Shown here piece after piece: positions 25,839-37,905 of a stretch of DNA of 64,000 bases (the stretch's first letter is position 1; each line of letters opens with the position of its first letter). The notes under the pieces are model-generated. The model saw only the letters and a program-made list of their open reading frames with translations. It ran no database searches and was not told where the DNA came from. The stretch comes from Saccostrea echinata. Lineage: Eukaryota. The translations under genes and the position numbers were made by a program. The DNA is taken from contig NW_026889762.1 of NCBI RefSeq assembly GCF_033153115.1, positions 4,898,001 to 4,962,000 of the forward strand, read 5' to 3'.

Positions 25839-26203
25839 CTCTTTAATTCTAACACACAGAGCATTCTGGTCAAATGTCACAGACTCAGCCAGTTGTTTTA
25901 AATGTTCTTGGTACCTCACACACAAAAATAGCAACTGTTCATGACCCATCTTATCTAAAAGGTCAAGGTCACGAGAGCTGGTGGGAATGTTCAATGAACC
26001 ACGCATGATCGGATAAAACACTGGAATGGTGTTTAGTTTTGTTAATTCTGGGTCAGGATCTTTCTCGATCACATTGCCGTCGGCTACGACAATGATGTCA
26101 TGTTTCTGGGTCCCTGTTTCTGTCAGTTCTTTTTCTCTCTGGCTTGGTGGTCTGGATTTCACGGCTGATGATGGGACATTACGAGGTGAGAGCCTGGGAG
26201 AAT
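25839..26203 (-). CDS. BORCS5: BORCS5 middle coding exon
   Basis: DIIVVADG..DPELTKLNTIPVFYPIMRGSL..CVRYQEHL..VTFDQNALCVRIKE; TACAG acceptor, GTAGGG donor. Confidence 0.93.
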
Positions 26204-26688
26204 CTGTAATATCAAATCAAAATTATAATTGCTCTCAATGATAATGAAAATAAACATACTATTGCAAAATGGGAATACAAAAATAATGTCAAAACATATC
26301 CAACATGTACAGAGCAGAGCTATGATTTTCATACATATATACAATTACAAAGGTATTGTGAAATAACCATTTTTTATGGGGGTTATGTGTTATGAAGAGA
26401 TCCACAAATTCATGTTCTCCATGAAATTCAAATGTTAAATTTACAAAGCACTGTACGTCTACCAACCATGAAATTTAATCTCCTTGAATCAGTATTTTTT
26501 CCACAAACCAGTAGTGCATGATGTTAAATTTAAAATTTTATGTACAGTTTTTTTTTAACCAATAGCTATATCAATTTTATTCTCTTTATAAAATGTGTAT
26601 ATACATGTAGAGTGGAATATATTACTTGTACGAAGTGAATAATTCTTTTCATGCAATTTTTTCTGGTTCTGGCACCTTATATGCTTAC

Positions 26689-26809
26689 TAGAATCTATAG
26701 GTTTACTGATGGCGTAGGATGTGTAAGGGATATCCTCATCTCTCTGTGACCGTAGGGAACTCCCTGGGGCACCTGCTGGGAGCTGCTGAGTACTGTGGTC
26801 TGCCCCCAT
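26689..26809 (-). CDS. BORCS5: BORCS5 first coding exon (N-myristoylation motif MGADHS)
   Basis: MGxxxS; EDIPYTSYAISKPID; donor GTAAGC; the three exons total 741 nt (246 aa); the exon extends in the 5' UTR to an acceptor at 26848. Confidence 0.9.
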
Positions 26810-27490
26810 TCTGCCACTTCTCAGTTAAATGTACAACAACAGCTCAGCTGAAAAAAGACCAATTTCTTATTGCCTTTGATTCTACATGTAATATATACGA
26901 GTACATGTAGCAATATCTAAAACTTGACAAAAACAGAAAATGATTTCATATATCGAAGTATTGGTTTGTCACAGACTAGGAATATATACATGTATATTTG
27001 CTAAGTTATCATGGTTATTGTGTCTTAAAAATTCTCAGTAGGGAGGGGGAGGGGGAGGGTAACAACAACCATTCCTCAGCTGCCTTTGGAAAATATTGCT
27101 CTTATATGACATATTTTATTGGTTCCCAATAAAAATAAAAAAGAAAATACTGTACTTTTCTGCTGCAAGAAGACTGTAATATGTATGTCATGTATATAGG
27201 GGTAATGAATGTTATTAAAATTTGTATCTAAGTAATGTAATGATTGATAAAAAAAAATGATTAAAGGGGGGGGGGGGGTTGCATCGTAGAAGTACGGACC
27301 TGTACATTAGTACCTGTGATCTGCACATGAAGAACAGCTAAGTTAACTCAAATAGAAAAGTATCTTGCTTCTTTTCTTCTTTCTGTGGTTAAGCAGAGAA
27401 AATTCGGCAGTATAACAAATTTCGCCATTCAGTTTCAATCAAACCAGCTGTTAAATGAATGACACAGAAAAGTGTTATGGGAGTACCTAC

Positions 27491-27672
27491 TTATAAGTTA
27501 CTGGTGTAAGTCATACAGCATTATTATTACATTCTTCATCCCGAATCAAGCCTCAGTTTCCTCTACTCTTTTCCATACGGATTTCGTCAGTTTACGTCTC
27601 AGGTTTTTTCACTTATTTTGACGTCATCATAGTGATTATTTTTGTCAACATCCGGTCATTACCAAAGATGGC
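27491..27672. promoter_or_regulatory. Candidate bidirectional promoter of BORCS5 and ALKBH3, including a probable non-coding BORCS5 exon 1
   Basis: Head-to-head genes; minus-strand donor GTAGGT at 27490; CRE TGACGTCA 27619-27626; ETS-like CATCCGGT; YY1-like AAGATGGC 27665-27672. Confidence 0.7.
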
Positions 27673-27849
27673 ATGAGTACCCCAAACAGTGCCAAAAAGC
27701 GAAGAGCCCGTGTCCAGGGCGGGTGGGCGGCGCCAACAAACGTGCGCTCAGACAGGGATAAGCCTAAAGCCCCAATAGGACCCGCCTGGCTAGGGAAAAA
27801 TGTCGACCAGCCGGTGGAACGCAAGTTCGTGTATGAAAAACCAGAAGAG
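27673..27849 (+). CDS. ALKBH3: ALKBH3 exon 1
   Basis: KKRRARVQGGWA motif characteristic of the ALKBH3 N-terminus; GAG|GTCTCT donor. Confidence 0.9.
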
Positions 27850-28234
27850 GTCTCTGTTTGTACTGTTATATTTTCACAACTTGGATAAAATTTATCAAAC
27901 GATAAAATATTTCAATAAATGATATTAAGGAGAAAGACTTGTGACTGTTAACTTTACATTTATTCCAGAGGTACAATGTGATGCAAATGTCAATTTTATA
28001 GTGATTCTAGTTCTTATAATCACATGGATGTTACATTGTGTTTCCATTTCAATGGTCAAGTTTCCAAGAAATGTAATACTTTTTCCCTTGTACATATTTG
28101 GAAGAGTTTACTATTGTAATTTTTTGTCATTTGACCATTTTTTTTTACTGTTTAAAATGTAATTATACAGAGAGGGTGTATATATTTGTCTAATTTGTAC
28201 TTATAAATGATGATGTAATTTTCTATATTTAAAG

Positions 28235-28269
28235 GATAACAGAGTTATTCCACAAGAGAAGACAATAAC
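28235..28269 (+). CDS. ALKBH3: ALKBH3 exon 2
   Basis: AAAG acceptor, GTAAGT donor; DNRVIPQEKTI. Confidence 0.85.
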
Positions 28270-28454
28270 GTAAGTTAAGAAGGGTTTTAATTAATACACT
28301 AGTGCATGTCTCACTGAACATATTTTTAATCATGATTATTTATTTATAAATTAATATTAAAAATTAGAGAAGATGAAGGTTAAAACTTTATGTAAGATTA
28401 AGTTAAAGCATTTATGTCAAATATCTGTGGCTGGCAGTCACTTAGATTTCATGA

Positions 28455-28915
28455 CTGGTCAGGACACCAAATCTGTAACAGGAAGGGAGAAAATGTATGG
28501 CTTCACCAGGAATCGAATCCGGAACCCCTGCATCTCTAGTCAGTTGCTCTAACCACTGAGCTCTCCAGGGTAATGTCCACTTTAACCATTATAGAAATCT
28601 ATTCACCTGTGAAGATTTCAGAGGGGCTCTCTAAGTGTAAATTTCTTGGTGGTAAAATTTTTCTTATTTTCTGTTACATTTTGAGCTGGTAACTGCCCTG
28701 GTATGGACAGTGTGAAAAACATTACAGGGCCGGATGAACCTAGCATATGATTTTATGTCCCTTTTGTGGGGAAAGGGGGAATTCAGTAAGAAAGATTCAT
28801 TCGCTGGTGGCTGTAATTAAAAGCTTTAATAAAACACATCAAAGGTTTAGACTGAGGGCATGAACAGTTTATTCCTGGACTGATTTATCACATATTCTTC
28901 CTTTCTGTCACATCT
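28455..28915. mobile_element. Decayed tRNA-containing mini-LTR (TRIM-like) remnants in both orientations
   Basis: Minus strand: tRNA-like head 28497-28568, LTR end TTCCTGTTACA at 28474 followed by PBS-like TTTGGTGTCC; plus strand: LTR-like ends TTTTCTGTTACA (~28678) and TTTCTGTCACA (~28911), purine tract GGGGAAAGGGGGAA (~28768). Confidence 0.6.
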
Positions 28916-29038
28916 GGGTGATGTGTTATGCCTTGTATTTGACATTTAAAAAACCTGTCTTTAATGAACCTGAATTTGTGTCTTCAAAATACATAATTTA
29001 TACTTGTAATATTGATAAAAAAATAATTTTTTAAGTAT

Positions 29039-29168
29039 TGTGGCGGTCAGACGTGTTTGATCGCTTCTGGCCAGATAGTTCAGTTGGTAGAGCACCTGAC
29101 TGGAGATTCAGGGGGCCCGGGTTCGAATCCCGGTCTGGTCCGCTGCATTTTTCTCCTTTCCTGTTACA
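29039..29168 (+). mobile_element. 130-bp solo LTR carrying a tRNA-like Pol III cassette (Ajax/Cassandra-like)
   Basis: TG...CA ends, 4-bp TSD GTAT (29035-29038, 29169-29172), cloverleaf 29069-29141 with boxes A and B. Confidence 0.85.
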
Positions 29169-29349
29169 GTATGTTTTAGGTATTGCTAAAGTGAGGACAA
29201 TTTCTGATATAACTTTGAAGCTTAAGCTACTGTAGCTAGGTTAACGTCGATGTAGGACTGTTACACAGCAGCATTATGTTTTTCCTAGTGTTCGTAGTGG
29301 ACTTACAATAGTATAACTCAATTATTTGACAGTTTTAAATTTGTTTCAG

Positions 29350-29397
29350 CAAAGCAGGAGTGTATGATATCAGCACTGAACCATCAGGAGTAGCCAG
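29350..29397 (+). CDS. ALKBH3: ALKBH3 exon 3
   Basis: KAGVYDISTEPSGVAR; TTTCAG acceptor, GTGAGA donor. Confidence 0.9.
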
Positions 29398-29477
29398 GTG
29401 AGAGGTTATTCAAGAAACATATTTCAGTTTTTGATGTTAATGGTGTAGCTATGATTACAATTATAAACAGAATAATA

Positions 29478-29652
29478 CAGTTGAACTTCGGTATCTTGAA
29501 CACTAATACCTCAAATACCATGGATATGTCGAAGTGATTTTGAAGTCCCAACCCCTTATTCTTTAAGTATTTTACCCTGGATATCTCGAATCCTCTGATA
29601 TCTCAAAGTTTTTTCTCGGTCCTATTGAGTTTGAGGTAACAAGGTTTGACTG
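29478..29652. mobile_element. Tc1/mariner (pogo/Tigger-like) MITE
   Basis: TA|CAGTTGAACTT...AGGTTTGACTG|TA; internal ATATCTCGAA repeats. Confidence 0.8.
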
Positions 29653-29816
29653 TATATTATAATGAAATTTCTTTTGAATGCATCTCCTCCTTCAATAAAC
29701 CTTCACAGTTGCACCAATTTTAAAGTGATATATTACACAGAGATGTATAATTTTGTATTTCAAATGAATTGCAAATTGTAATGTGATACATTAACAAATT
29801 TTTTTGCAAGATTTTT

Positions 29817-30680
29817 TGTTAGCTAACCTGAGCTGAAAAGTGAGCTTTTCTGGTCAAAATTTGTCAATTTTCTGTCATCATTGTTGTCATAAACTTTTCA
29901 CATATTCATCAACCTCTCTAGAACCACCAGGCCAATTTCAATCAAACTTAGTATAGAGTATGTTTGAGTGCAGAGAATTCAATTTGACATAATAAAGAGC
30001 CACAGTCTTTTTCAAGGGGAGATAATCAAGAAATAGTTGAAATTGGTAGGAATGATTTAAAAATCTTCTCAAGAACAACTGCATTAGAAAAGACAACATT
30101 TAGGGAAATGCTTCTTTATACAGTGTCGATTCCAGTTTATTCATTTCATGGTCTCCAGGAATGGGGTGAGTCATGATTGGTAATACATGTATTATTATGA
30201 AAACATCCTCAGGTATACTGCAGCTTCAAGTTTGTTCCAGTTATACTCTCAGTAGTTCAGGTGGGGCCAAATAGGGGATCACAATTTTACATGGGAATAT
30301 TTACCAAAAAATCCTTTAAAATCTTATTTTCAATCAATAACTTTAAGGGTCATGAATGGTCATACATATGTATTTACAAATATATGCAACTATCCTCAGG
30401 AAGTGCAGATCAAGAGATATGAATAAGAATCCCCAAGGGTTGTAATGAAAATTTCACATAGCAATATGTAGGGGAAAAATCTTTAATTTTTTCCCACAAA
30501 AACTACTTTGGAATGCTGTTCATATTATATATAATATGCAAGCATCTTGAGGTAATGTAGGTTCAAATTTGTTAAAATCATGGCTCTAATATAGAAGAAG
30601 AAAAAATAAATGCAAAAATCTTCTTCTCAGTATCAGCAGGGCTGTCTCAGGTGAGAATTGTGGCCCATGGGCCTCTGGTC
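29817..30680 (+). mobile_element. HINE/Helitron-N family B, near full length
   Basis: 5' TTAGCTAACCTGAGCTGAAAAGTGAGC; 3' CTCAGGTGAG plus hairpin GGCCCATGGGCC; central repeats. Confidence 0.8.
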
Positions 30681-30770
30681 ATTTGATAATTCATTACAGC
30701 ACTACATGTGCTTTCTTAATAATTAATACAAATACAGTGACTGTGTATATTACGTCCATTCTGTTTATAG

Positions 30771-30966
30771 GCTGAGGTTCTTTCCGATCTTCATTGACCC
30801 AGAGGAGGCAAATGTAATTTACGATACTCTGTATCATGAGTTACCATGGAGACAGAGGACAGATGTGAAGAAGACAGGTGAATCTTTCCTACAACCTCGG
30901 CTGACGGCGTGGTACGGAGATATTCCATACTCTTACTCGGGGCTCACTCATCAGGCTTGCCCAGAG
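30771..30966 (+). CDS. ALKBH3: ALKBH3 exon 4
   Basis: LRFFPIFIDPEEA..LPWRQR..QPRLTAWYGDIPYSYS; TATAG acceptor, GTAAAG donor. Confidence 0.93.
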
Positions 30967-31043
30967 GTAAAGATATCACAAGTCTTCTCAGGGTTGGTTA
31001 TGAAAGTTTTTGCAGAAGCTTTTCAATTTTGTTTATATATATA

Positions 31044-31257
31044 CTGTAAATCAGCTATTATTCGAGTCATCTTTTATTCACAAATGGTCTGCCTGAAATC
31101 CTTCCACCACTGTTTATTACCGAGATTGGGAGAAACATGGTACATAAATACACAATAGACTAATAGGTTCACAACAAGAAATATTCGCAAACAAAAGTAG
31201 TTTAAACTTTGGAATCTCTTGGATGTTTCTTGTAAGCAAATTAAAATTGGTTTACAG
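31044..31257. mobile_element. TA-flanked MITE
   Basis: TA|CTGTAAATCA...TGGTTTACAG|TA. Confidence 0.7.
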
Positions 31258-31428
31258 TATGGTGAAAATGTCCTTACAATGGCAGCAAACCTCCCATCAT
31301 ACCATTACTGTTAATTTAGATGCTAATATCCATGTTATCTGCAGGATTGGTTAGAATAAGGTTGATCTCCTCATTCATTGAGTGTCACTAACACACTTTG
31401 TTTATCATTTCTATCCTTCTGTTTACAG

Positions 31429-31638
31429 TGGCATCCCACTCTGATCATGCTGAAGGAACGCCTGGAGGAAGTGACAGGGATCCACTTCAATTCCATGCTT
31501 GCAAACCTGTATCGTGATGGCCATGATTCTGTGGCCTGGCATTCTGATGACGAACTCTCTTTGGGGCCAGAGCCAACCATTGCATCACTGTCCTTTGGAG
31601 ATACTAGAAATTTTGAACTCAGAAAGAAACCTCCACCT
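31429..31638 (+). CDS. ALKBH3: ALKBH3 exon 5 (Fe-binding HxD)
   Basis: FNSMLANLYRDGHDSVAWHSDDE..IASLSFGDTRNFELRKKPPP. Confidence 0.95.
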
Positions 31639-32472
31639 GTAAGTGTTTGCTAGCAAATTATCATGTACATGATTTGCTATACATGTATGTACCTCTTTTT
31701 CTTTTTTATATAATGTACAGCCACCCATCTTTTATGGTATAAGCTTTTTGCTGTTTGTCAGTTTGTCTGTCTGTTAGCTCTGTGTCTGTGAGGCCTTGAA
31801 ACCAACAAAACTTGTTTACAAATGCATCTTTGGAAGTAGGGTGTCACAAATAAACAGTATGTTACCAGGGCCTCATTTTGGGTATTTTGGCTATTCACAG
31901 TCAAATCATGTTTGCATCATTCATTGTTTTCTTTGAGGCTAGGACCATTAAACTTTGTCACGGTGTATGCATCTTGGGGGGTAAGGACCCAAAGTACATC
32001 ACCATGACTCGTTTTGGAATTACATGTATATGTCTAAATACAGTCAAATCATGTCTGGATCATATCCTGCAATCCCTGAGATCCCTAGGACCACCAAACC
32101 TTGTTAATTTATGCATTTTAGGGGCAGGTGTGTCACAACCGCCAAAAAGGTCACTATGGGCTCATTTGGGAACTTTCATGAATATACATAATTATATCAT
32201 GTCTTGATCATATCTTGCATACTGTGCAGTCTAGGACCATCAAATTTTTTAGTTGATGTTTCTTTAGGGGAAGATGTTTCACAACACAAAAAGTAGGTAA
32301 CTTTACTCCAGTGGAGATACAAATGTTCAGGTCACACCTTGTGACTGAATTTGCATTGTGTACATGTAGTTTCATTTAGTTAAATCACACCCCTTCCAGT
32401 GCACTTTGTATTGTTTTGCCTCATCAGATCTTAATACTGTAAGCACTGTGCATCCTTCTGTAAACTTTACAG

Positions 32473-32571
32473 GAGGAGAATGGTGATTACACATACATGG
32501 AGCACATAAAGGTTCCCTTGATGCATGGTTCACTTCTTATAATGGAGGGGGCATCACAAACAGACTGGCAG
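32473..32571 (+). CDS. ALKBH3: ALKBH3 exon 6
   Basis: EENGDYTYMEHIKVPLMHGSLLIMEGASQTDWQ. Confidence 0.95.
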
Positions 32572-32578
32572 GTTAGTA

Positions 32579-32695
32579 TGTAATTAATGTAACAATCTAA
32601 TTAATGTAACAATATAATTAATGTAACAATGTAATTGATGTAACAATGTTATCAATGTAACAATGTAATTCATGTAGCAATGTAATTAGTGTTAC
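32579..32695 (+). repeat. 17-bp minisatellite (TGTAATTAATGTAACAA), about 6 units
   Basis: Direct inspection. Confidence 0.9.
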
Positions 32696-33375
32696 ATTTC
32701 TTACCAATCCCACATAGTGTTATTACATGTTTGTTCAAGTCAGGGTCCCTTGGACAAGGACAAAGTTACAGCAATAGGGCCATAATACAGTGAAACTTGT
32801 CTAATCTGGATGTTTTGTATTCCGAAATTTTGCTTAGGTCCCTTTAAGTAAATTCAAATGCTTAAAATGTTGTCTCATCCCAAATGTTGTCCAATCTGGC
32901 CATTTCTATGAAACATTACTAGTTCCTTTTTATCTTGATTGTTGCATGCAAGCGACAATCAAAAAAAAAAGGAGATAATAAAGGTTTGATTTTAATCAGA
33001 CCGTTTTTGTGGGACCCAAGAACCAAACATTTATTTTGGGTTTAGAAGTCATTTAAAATATGTTTTGCCTGAGAAACAGTCAGTGAATGTTTCTTAAACC
33101 AGTGGTGTCCTGAGTAGATGAGTCTTATTGTAAGTCAAAAACATACATTGCCATATTGAAATTACAGTCCTTTGACTTAGGGGCTGGGGATATTAAAACA
33201 ACATCAGATAAAATGCATGGCCACAATTAGACATAAATATGAAAGAACCCCATTGTAATGTAGCTATGAGTTTGTTCATAGTATGGTCTCAAGAAAGGAT
33301 GGGGCTATGGCTATAGTTGAAAAAAAAATTGTACCAAAAAAAATTTATTCAAAAGTACAAGAATGTACAGAAGCT

Positions 33376-33481
33376 TATTAGGGCCTCAGCAGTATCTTTT
33401 ATTAATTTGTTTTAACAAATTGATAATTTATTAAAACAAATTAATAAATTAATTTTAAAGATACTGCTTAGGCCTTAATAC
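33376..33481. repeat. ~105-bp imperfect palindrome in ALKBH3 intron 6
   Basis: TATTAGGGCCTCAGCAGTATCTTT / AAAGATACTGCTTAGGCCTTAATA. Confidence 0.75.
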
Positions 33482-33762
33482 ACTTCCGTAAGAATGTCAC
33501 AATTACTGTAAATGAAAAAGCTGAAATTATGAACTCTAATTTGATGCCCACATAAGGTGTCTCATTCATCAAAAACTACAGAATGGTGACTCAGATGACA
33601 GTTGTAGCCCTTTGACCATTTTGTTAAACTAAATGCAATGATCGCACAAATACTAACACACAAGCTTGGTCTGTTCATTTCTTAGTCCTTGACAAATTCG
33701 TATGTTATACTCTGAAAAAAATTACACATGTATTTTGCAATTCTTTTGTTCTGTATTTTCAG

Positions 33763-33837
33763 CATAGAATACCTAGAGAATACCACGACAAAGGACCAAG
33801 GATTAATTTAACATTTAGAATAATTTACCCAGAGTAG
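33763..33837 (+). CDS. ALKBH3: ALKBH3 exon 7 (last)
   Basis: HRIPREYHDKGPRINLTFRIIYPE*; distal His and RxNxTxR 2OG-binding motif; the seven exons total 840 nt (279 aa). Confidence 0.95.
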   Translation, partial: HRIPREYHDKGPRINLTFRIIYPE

Positions 33838-35799
33838 AATCTTCAGAATTTTTCTACATTGAACTTACCTTTGTGTGAAAAATATGCAACAGAGAAAGAT
33901 ATGTGATGTCTTCTTTTCTGTAATATTTCCAGATTTACATTAAATGCAAAATATTTTCTATGCAGAAAAAAAAACCTTTATGACTGAAACAAATATTACA
34001 GGTGCACAATTTTTTTTAACCTTTTGTAAACAATTGAAATAAATGAAAAGATGATTTTGACACATTTTTTAGGAATTAACATTCATAGTATTAATGGTTC
34101 TAGGCTAAATTTGATAATAAATTCACAAAAAGGGTTTTACTTCAAAAATAAAAAGAAGAACATAGATGAAATTTCTTTTTATAATAGTTGAATAAAAACA
34201 TAACTAGGAACTTTTTAGAATGTATCTCATGGGTATGCTAAATTATTTTCAGAATTGATGATTAAACACTAAAAATACATGAATACTTCTGATTGGCTGA
34301 ATTACAGAAATCAATGTTACATGTATTTATACCCACTGTTTGTTGTGAACTTTTCTCACAGGTTGAGGATACTTTTGTGAACAATATATTATTTATTTTC
34401 TTTGTTAGGAAAATTAAAAATGATTTTTAGTGTGGGTGTGCATTTACAGTGTAATAGTTTTATGATGACGTGCGATGACGAGTTTTATTATAATGTTGAT
34501 GTATTAAATGGGATTGGGTTCAGAATTCTTACGATATAAACATTATGATAGTGATTATATTAGAAGTATTACATTATCATTGAACTTAATATATATTCTG
34601 AGTGTCAGCATAACCTTGAATTGAGTTAAAAAATAAAATGTGTTTGCATATGTTATGCTTAATTATGTATACTGTCTAGTCAGTGTATTTTTAAGCATCA
34701 AACAAATTGTAAGAAAAATGTAACTTGACAACTCAAAAAATATGTGATACTGTGGTCAAAATCTGACCAAAATAGGAATAGAAGAAAACATTACTTTTGG
34801 GGTTTTCTGAGTAAACTACTAGGAAAGGGACATAACTTTTATCATAACAATTTTAGATACATATTCAATTCAATTTTATATCAAATTCATATTACATGTA
34901 CATGTATCTATGTGAATAAATGATCTGTTAATTGATATCAGAATTGTTCACATTTAGTTACACTTTCATGAAGGATGGACTTTTTAAGGTTTTTTTTTCC
35001 AACTATCTCATCAAGCAATGGATTTACAGAGTTATGTCCCTTTTCTATAGTAAATAAATGGTAAATAATCCATGCCAAAACTATGCTTCTCATCATTTTA
35101 TTTTGTTGGATTTTATATCTTGTATATTGTGTAAATATTACATTTCATTTTTCAGGAAATAGCTTCTTTTGCAATTAGTTTGAGGTTGGGCCTAATTTTT
35201 TGCTAGATTGACAAGGCAGTTATCATTGACAAGAAGAATGGTACTGAAAACCACATGCTTCTTTTTGTTTTATATTTATTCTTAAAAGACAGTTTACAAT
35301 GCCTTTAAAATCTTTTCTGGATAAAATATTTTTACAATGCCTTCTAAATTTCTTTCTCTTGCTACATGTACTTTGTAGCAACTTAGCATTAATGCAACTC
35401 TGATCTTTAAAAAAATTAAGTTAATTTTTTAAACTAGAACATGTATAGTTGGCATATTTCTTGTAAGATTTGTAGAATATTAAAATAAATTTGATGAATT
35501 TCTTACCATAGTCAAAAATTCTTTGTAGCTAGAAAGGAAATGAGCTGTAGACCACTTTATGCCTATAATCAAAGAGCTTTTTACAAGGAGTTCCATTAAC
35601 TATATCTAAATGCATCTTCTCAGGCCTCTCCAGCAAGCAAGGAAAAACAAATGTATTTGCATCATCAGATGTTAAAATCTGATGCTAGGTGAAGTCACTT
35701 TCTATTTTAAAGCATTGAATAGACAGGAGTTGGTTGTACCTTCTGAAATGTTTTTATGTAATATCTTTAGATTCATTGAAATTAAGCTCCAGATTCTAC

Positions 35800-36020
35800 A
35801 GAGTTGCAGAGTAAGGAGTTGATCCTTACGTATTGGGTTGGAATCCCACTGTGGGACATGGAGACAGAGGTCCCGTGTCACAGTAGGTGCTGGCACAAAA
35901 AAGATTCCTCACTGCTCAATGGCCCTCAGTGCCATGTATAGGTCAAAATTTGAAGCCCTCCATTAATATTGGCATGTGGTGGGGTCTCAATATGAGTGAA
36001 AAATTCTCGTAAATGATGTT
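35800..36020 (+). mobile_element. SINE fragment related to 9296-9616
   Basis: GAGGTCCCGTGTCA..GGCAC..AAAGATTCCTCACTGCTCAATGGCCC..TATGAGTGAAAAATTCTC. Confidence 0.7.
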
Positions 36021-37905
36021 GGACAAAAAAGCAAATAAAAAAAGTAAAATTTCCGTCATTCAAAAAATTAATATTAATTATAAACTGATCGATATCTTTA
36101 ACACAAGATCACGAGAGTGCTGGTATAACAATTTTGAACTTGTAGAAGGACAGTCAAAATGGGGGAAGTTTTTGTGCATGGTCTTCCAAGTTTAAATAAA
36201 TATAGGATATTGGTTTGGTTTTTCTGTGTTTTTTTTCTTCAAAAAAATTCAATCAAATGTAAAACAAAATAAGAAAACTGGATTTTAATTGTAATAGAAG
36301 AGTCCTTGTAGTTGCTGTCTTGCAACTTGCTATTGTCCATCTAGCCAGTAAATAGCTGTGGACTGTAATCTTCAAGCTTTGAAAAATAAAGAAAATTTGG
36401 ATTCATTTGGTTTTCTGTTTCTTTTTTTCTTCATATAATTTCATTCAAATGTGAAACAAAACAAGAAAGCTTTTTAAAGTAGTGAAAATCCTTTTTCTCT
36501 GTAGCAGCAGCTGATAATCTGCCAAAGAGACTCAAATTCTGTGGAATCATCAATATTGAAGTTTGTGGGGGATCAATGTTAGTGGATTTCATGGGTCACC
36601 CTTATCCACAAATTACATCACCACGAACAATTATTTTGTCAACATATTTATTCATTGAATCTTCTTTATATATATTTATACAAGATACCCACGAAATTAT
36701 GTCCCCCATGAACCAACAAATTGTTGCTTGCCAACGAACATTGAATACTGTTCGTTATCTCCACATATTTCATTTACAACACACATAGCCGTGTAAAACA
36801 GAGTTATATAAGACACGTAGATGTGTCAAACATATTCAATATCATATAAAAACTCACCTAGATGCCAAAAATCTTTAACATATAGTATATAAGCTCATAA
36901 TTAGCAGTCACTTTTAAACTTGAATTCGCACTGAAAATGTTTCTACTTTATCTCCTACTGGCATCTATTCTCATTACAATCACATTGAAAGCAACCTTTC
37001 TTTCATGAAAAACATTATTCCACTGTGAACCTCTGACAAAAGATCTTGAAAGATTTTCGAATTCAACATACTCTTTAACAAAATATTTATATGTTCCATC
37101 TGTTATTACTATACCTGACCAAAAGGGGAGATGACGTCCATTTAGGTACAACCAACATGTACACCCCTCTAGCTTTACATGCCGTCAAGTGAGCTATTAC
37201 TTCGGGAACAAATCTAACCGGAGGAACAGCCCAGTTATTGTCTAACTTCCAATCAAATGTAAAAGCATCAACTCCAGCAGACATACTGTCCGCAAATTTT
37301 AAATAAAACTTTTTTACCTTGAAATTGAAGGAATTTGCAAACAAATCGCAAGTAAAAGGACCCCACTTTTATTAAACAATTGAAAGATGTTAACATCAAC
37401 ACCCAGTCATCTGCATCGTACATTTTGTTGAAAAAATCCGCAATCACATTTTTATTTCTTGGTATCCAACAAATCCGCAATCACATTTTATTTCTTGGTA
37501 TCCAACAAACTTCTAAAGATATTCTGAACAACATACAAATCTTAAATATAGAAAATGCAAGAATACGTAATTCTTATTCCATGCTTCCAACCTCAATAAT
37601 TCTCGCAGCATTTTGATTGTCTGTATGTAGTTTAACATTTTTACCTACAAGTTCTACCTTAAAAGCTTCTATAGTTATTTCAATTGCTTTTAAGTCTCTC
37701 CAGGTGGAACAGGTTTGTGCTTCCTCTTCTGACCATCTCTTGTGTACAATTTCCCCCAGAATTTCCACACAGTATCCTGCTCCTGCATGGTCACTTGCAT
37801 CTGTATAAAGCAATTTATCTGGCAAAACATAATTATTGAAAATTTTCTTAAAAGGTAAATGTTTACAATTTGTTTTCCAAAAATTCAATTCTACACTTGC
37901 TTCTT

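Noticed and set aside
29069-29141. Genuine tRNA-Ser(GGA) gene
   Set aside because: 8-nt anticodon loop, no long variable arm, embedded in a TG..CA element with a TSD
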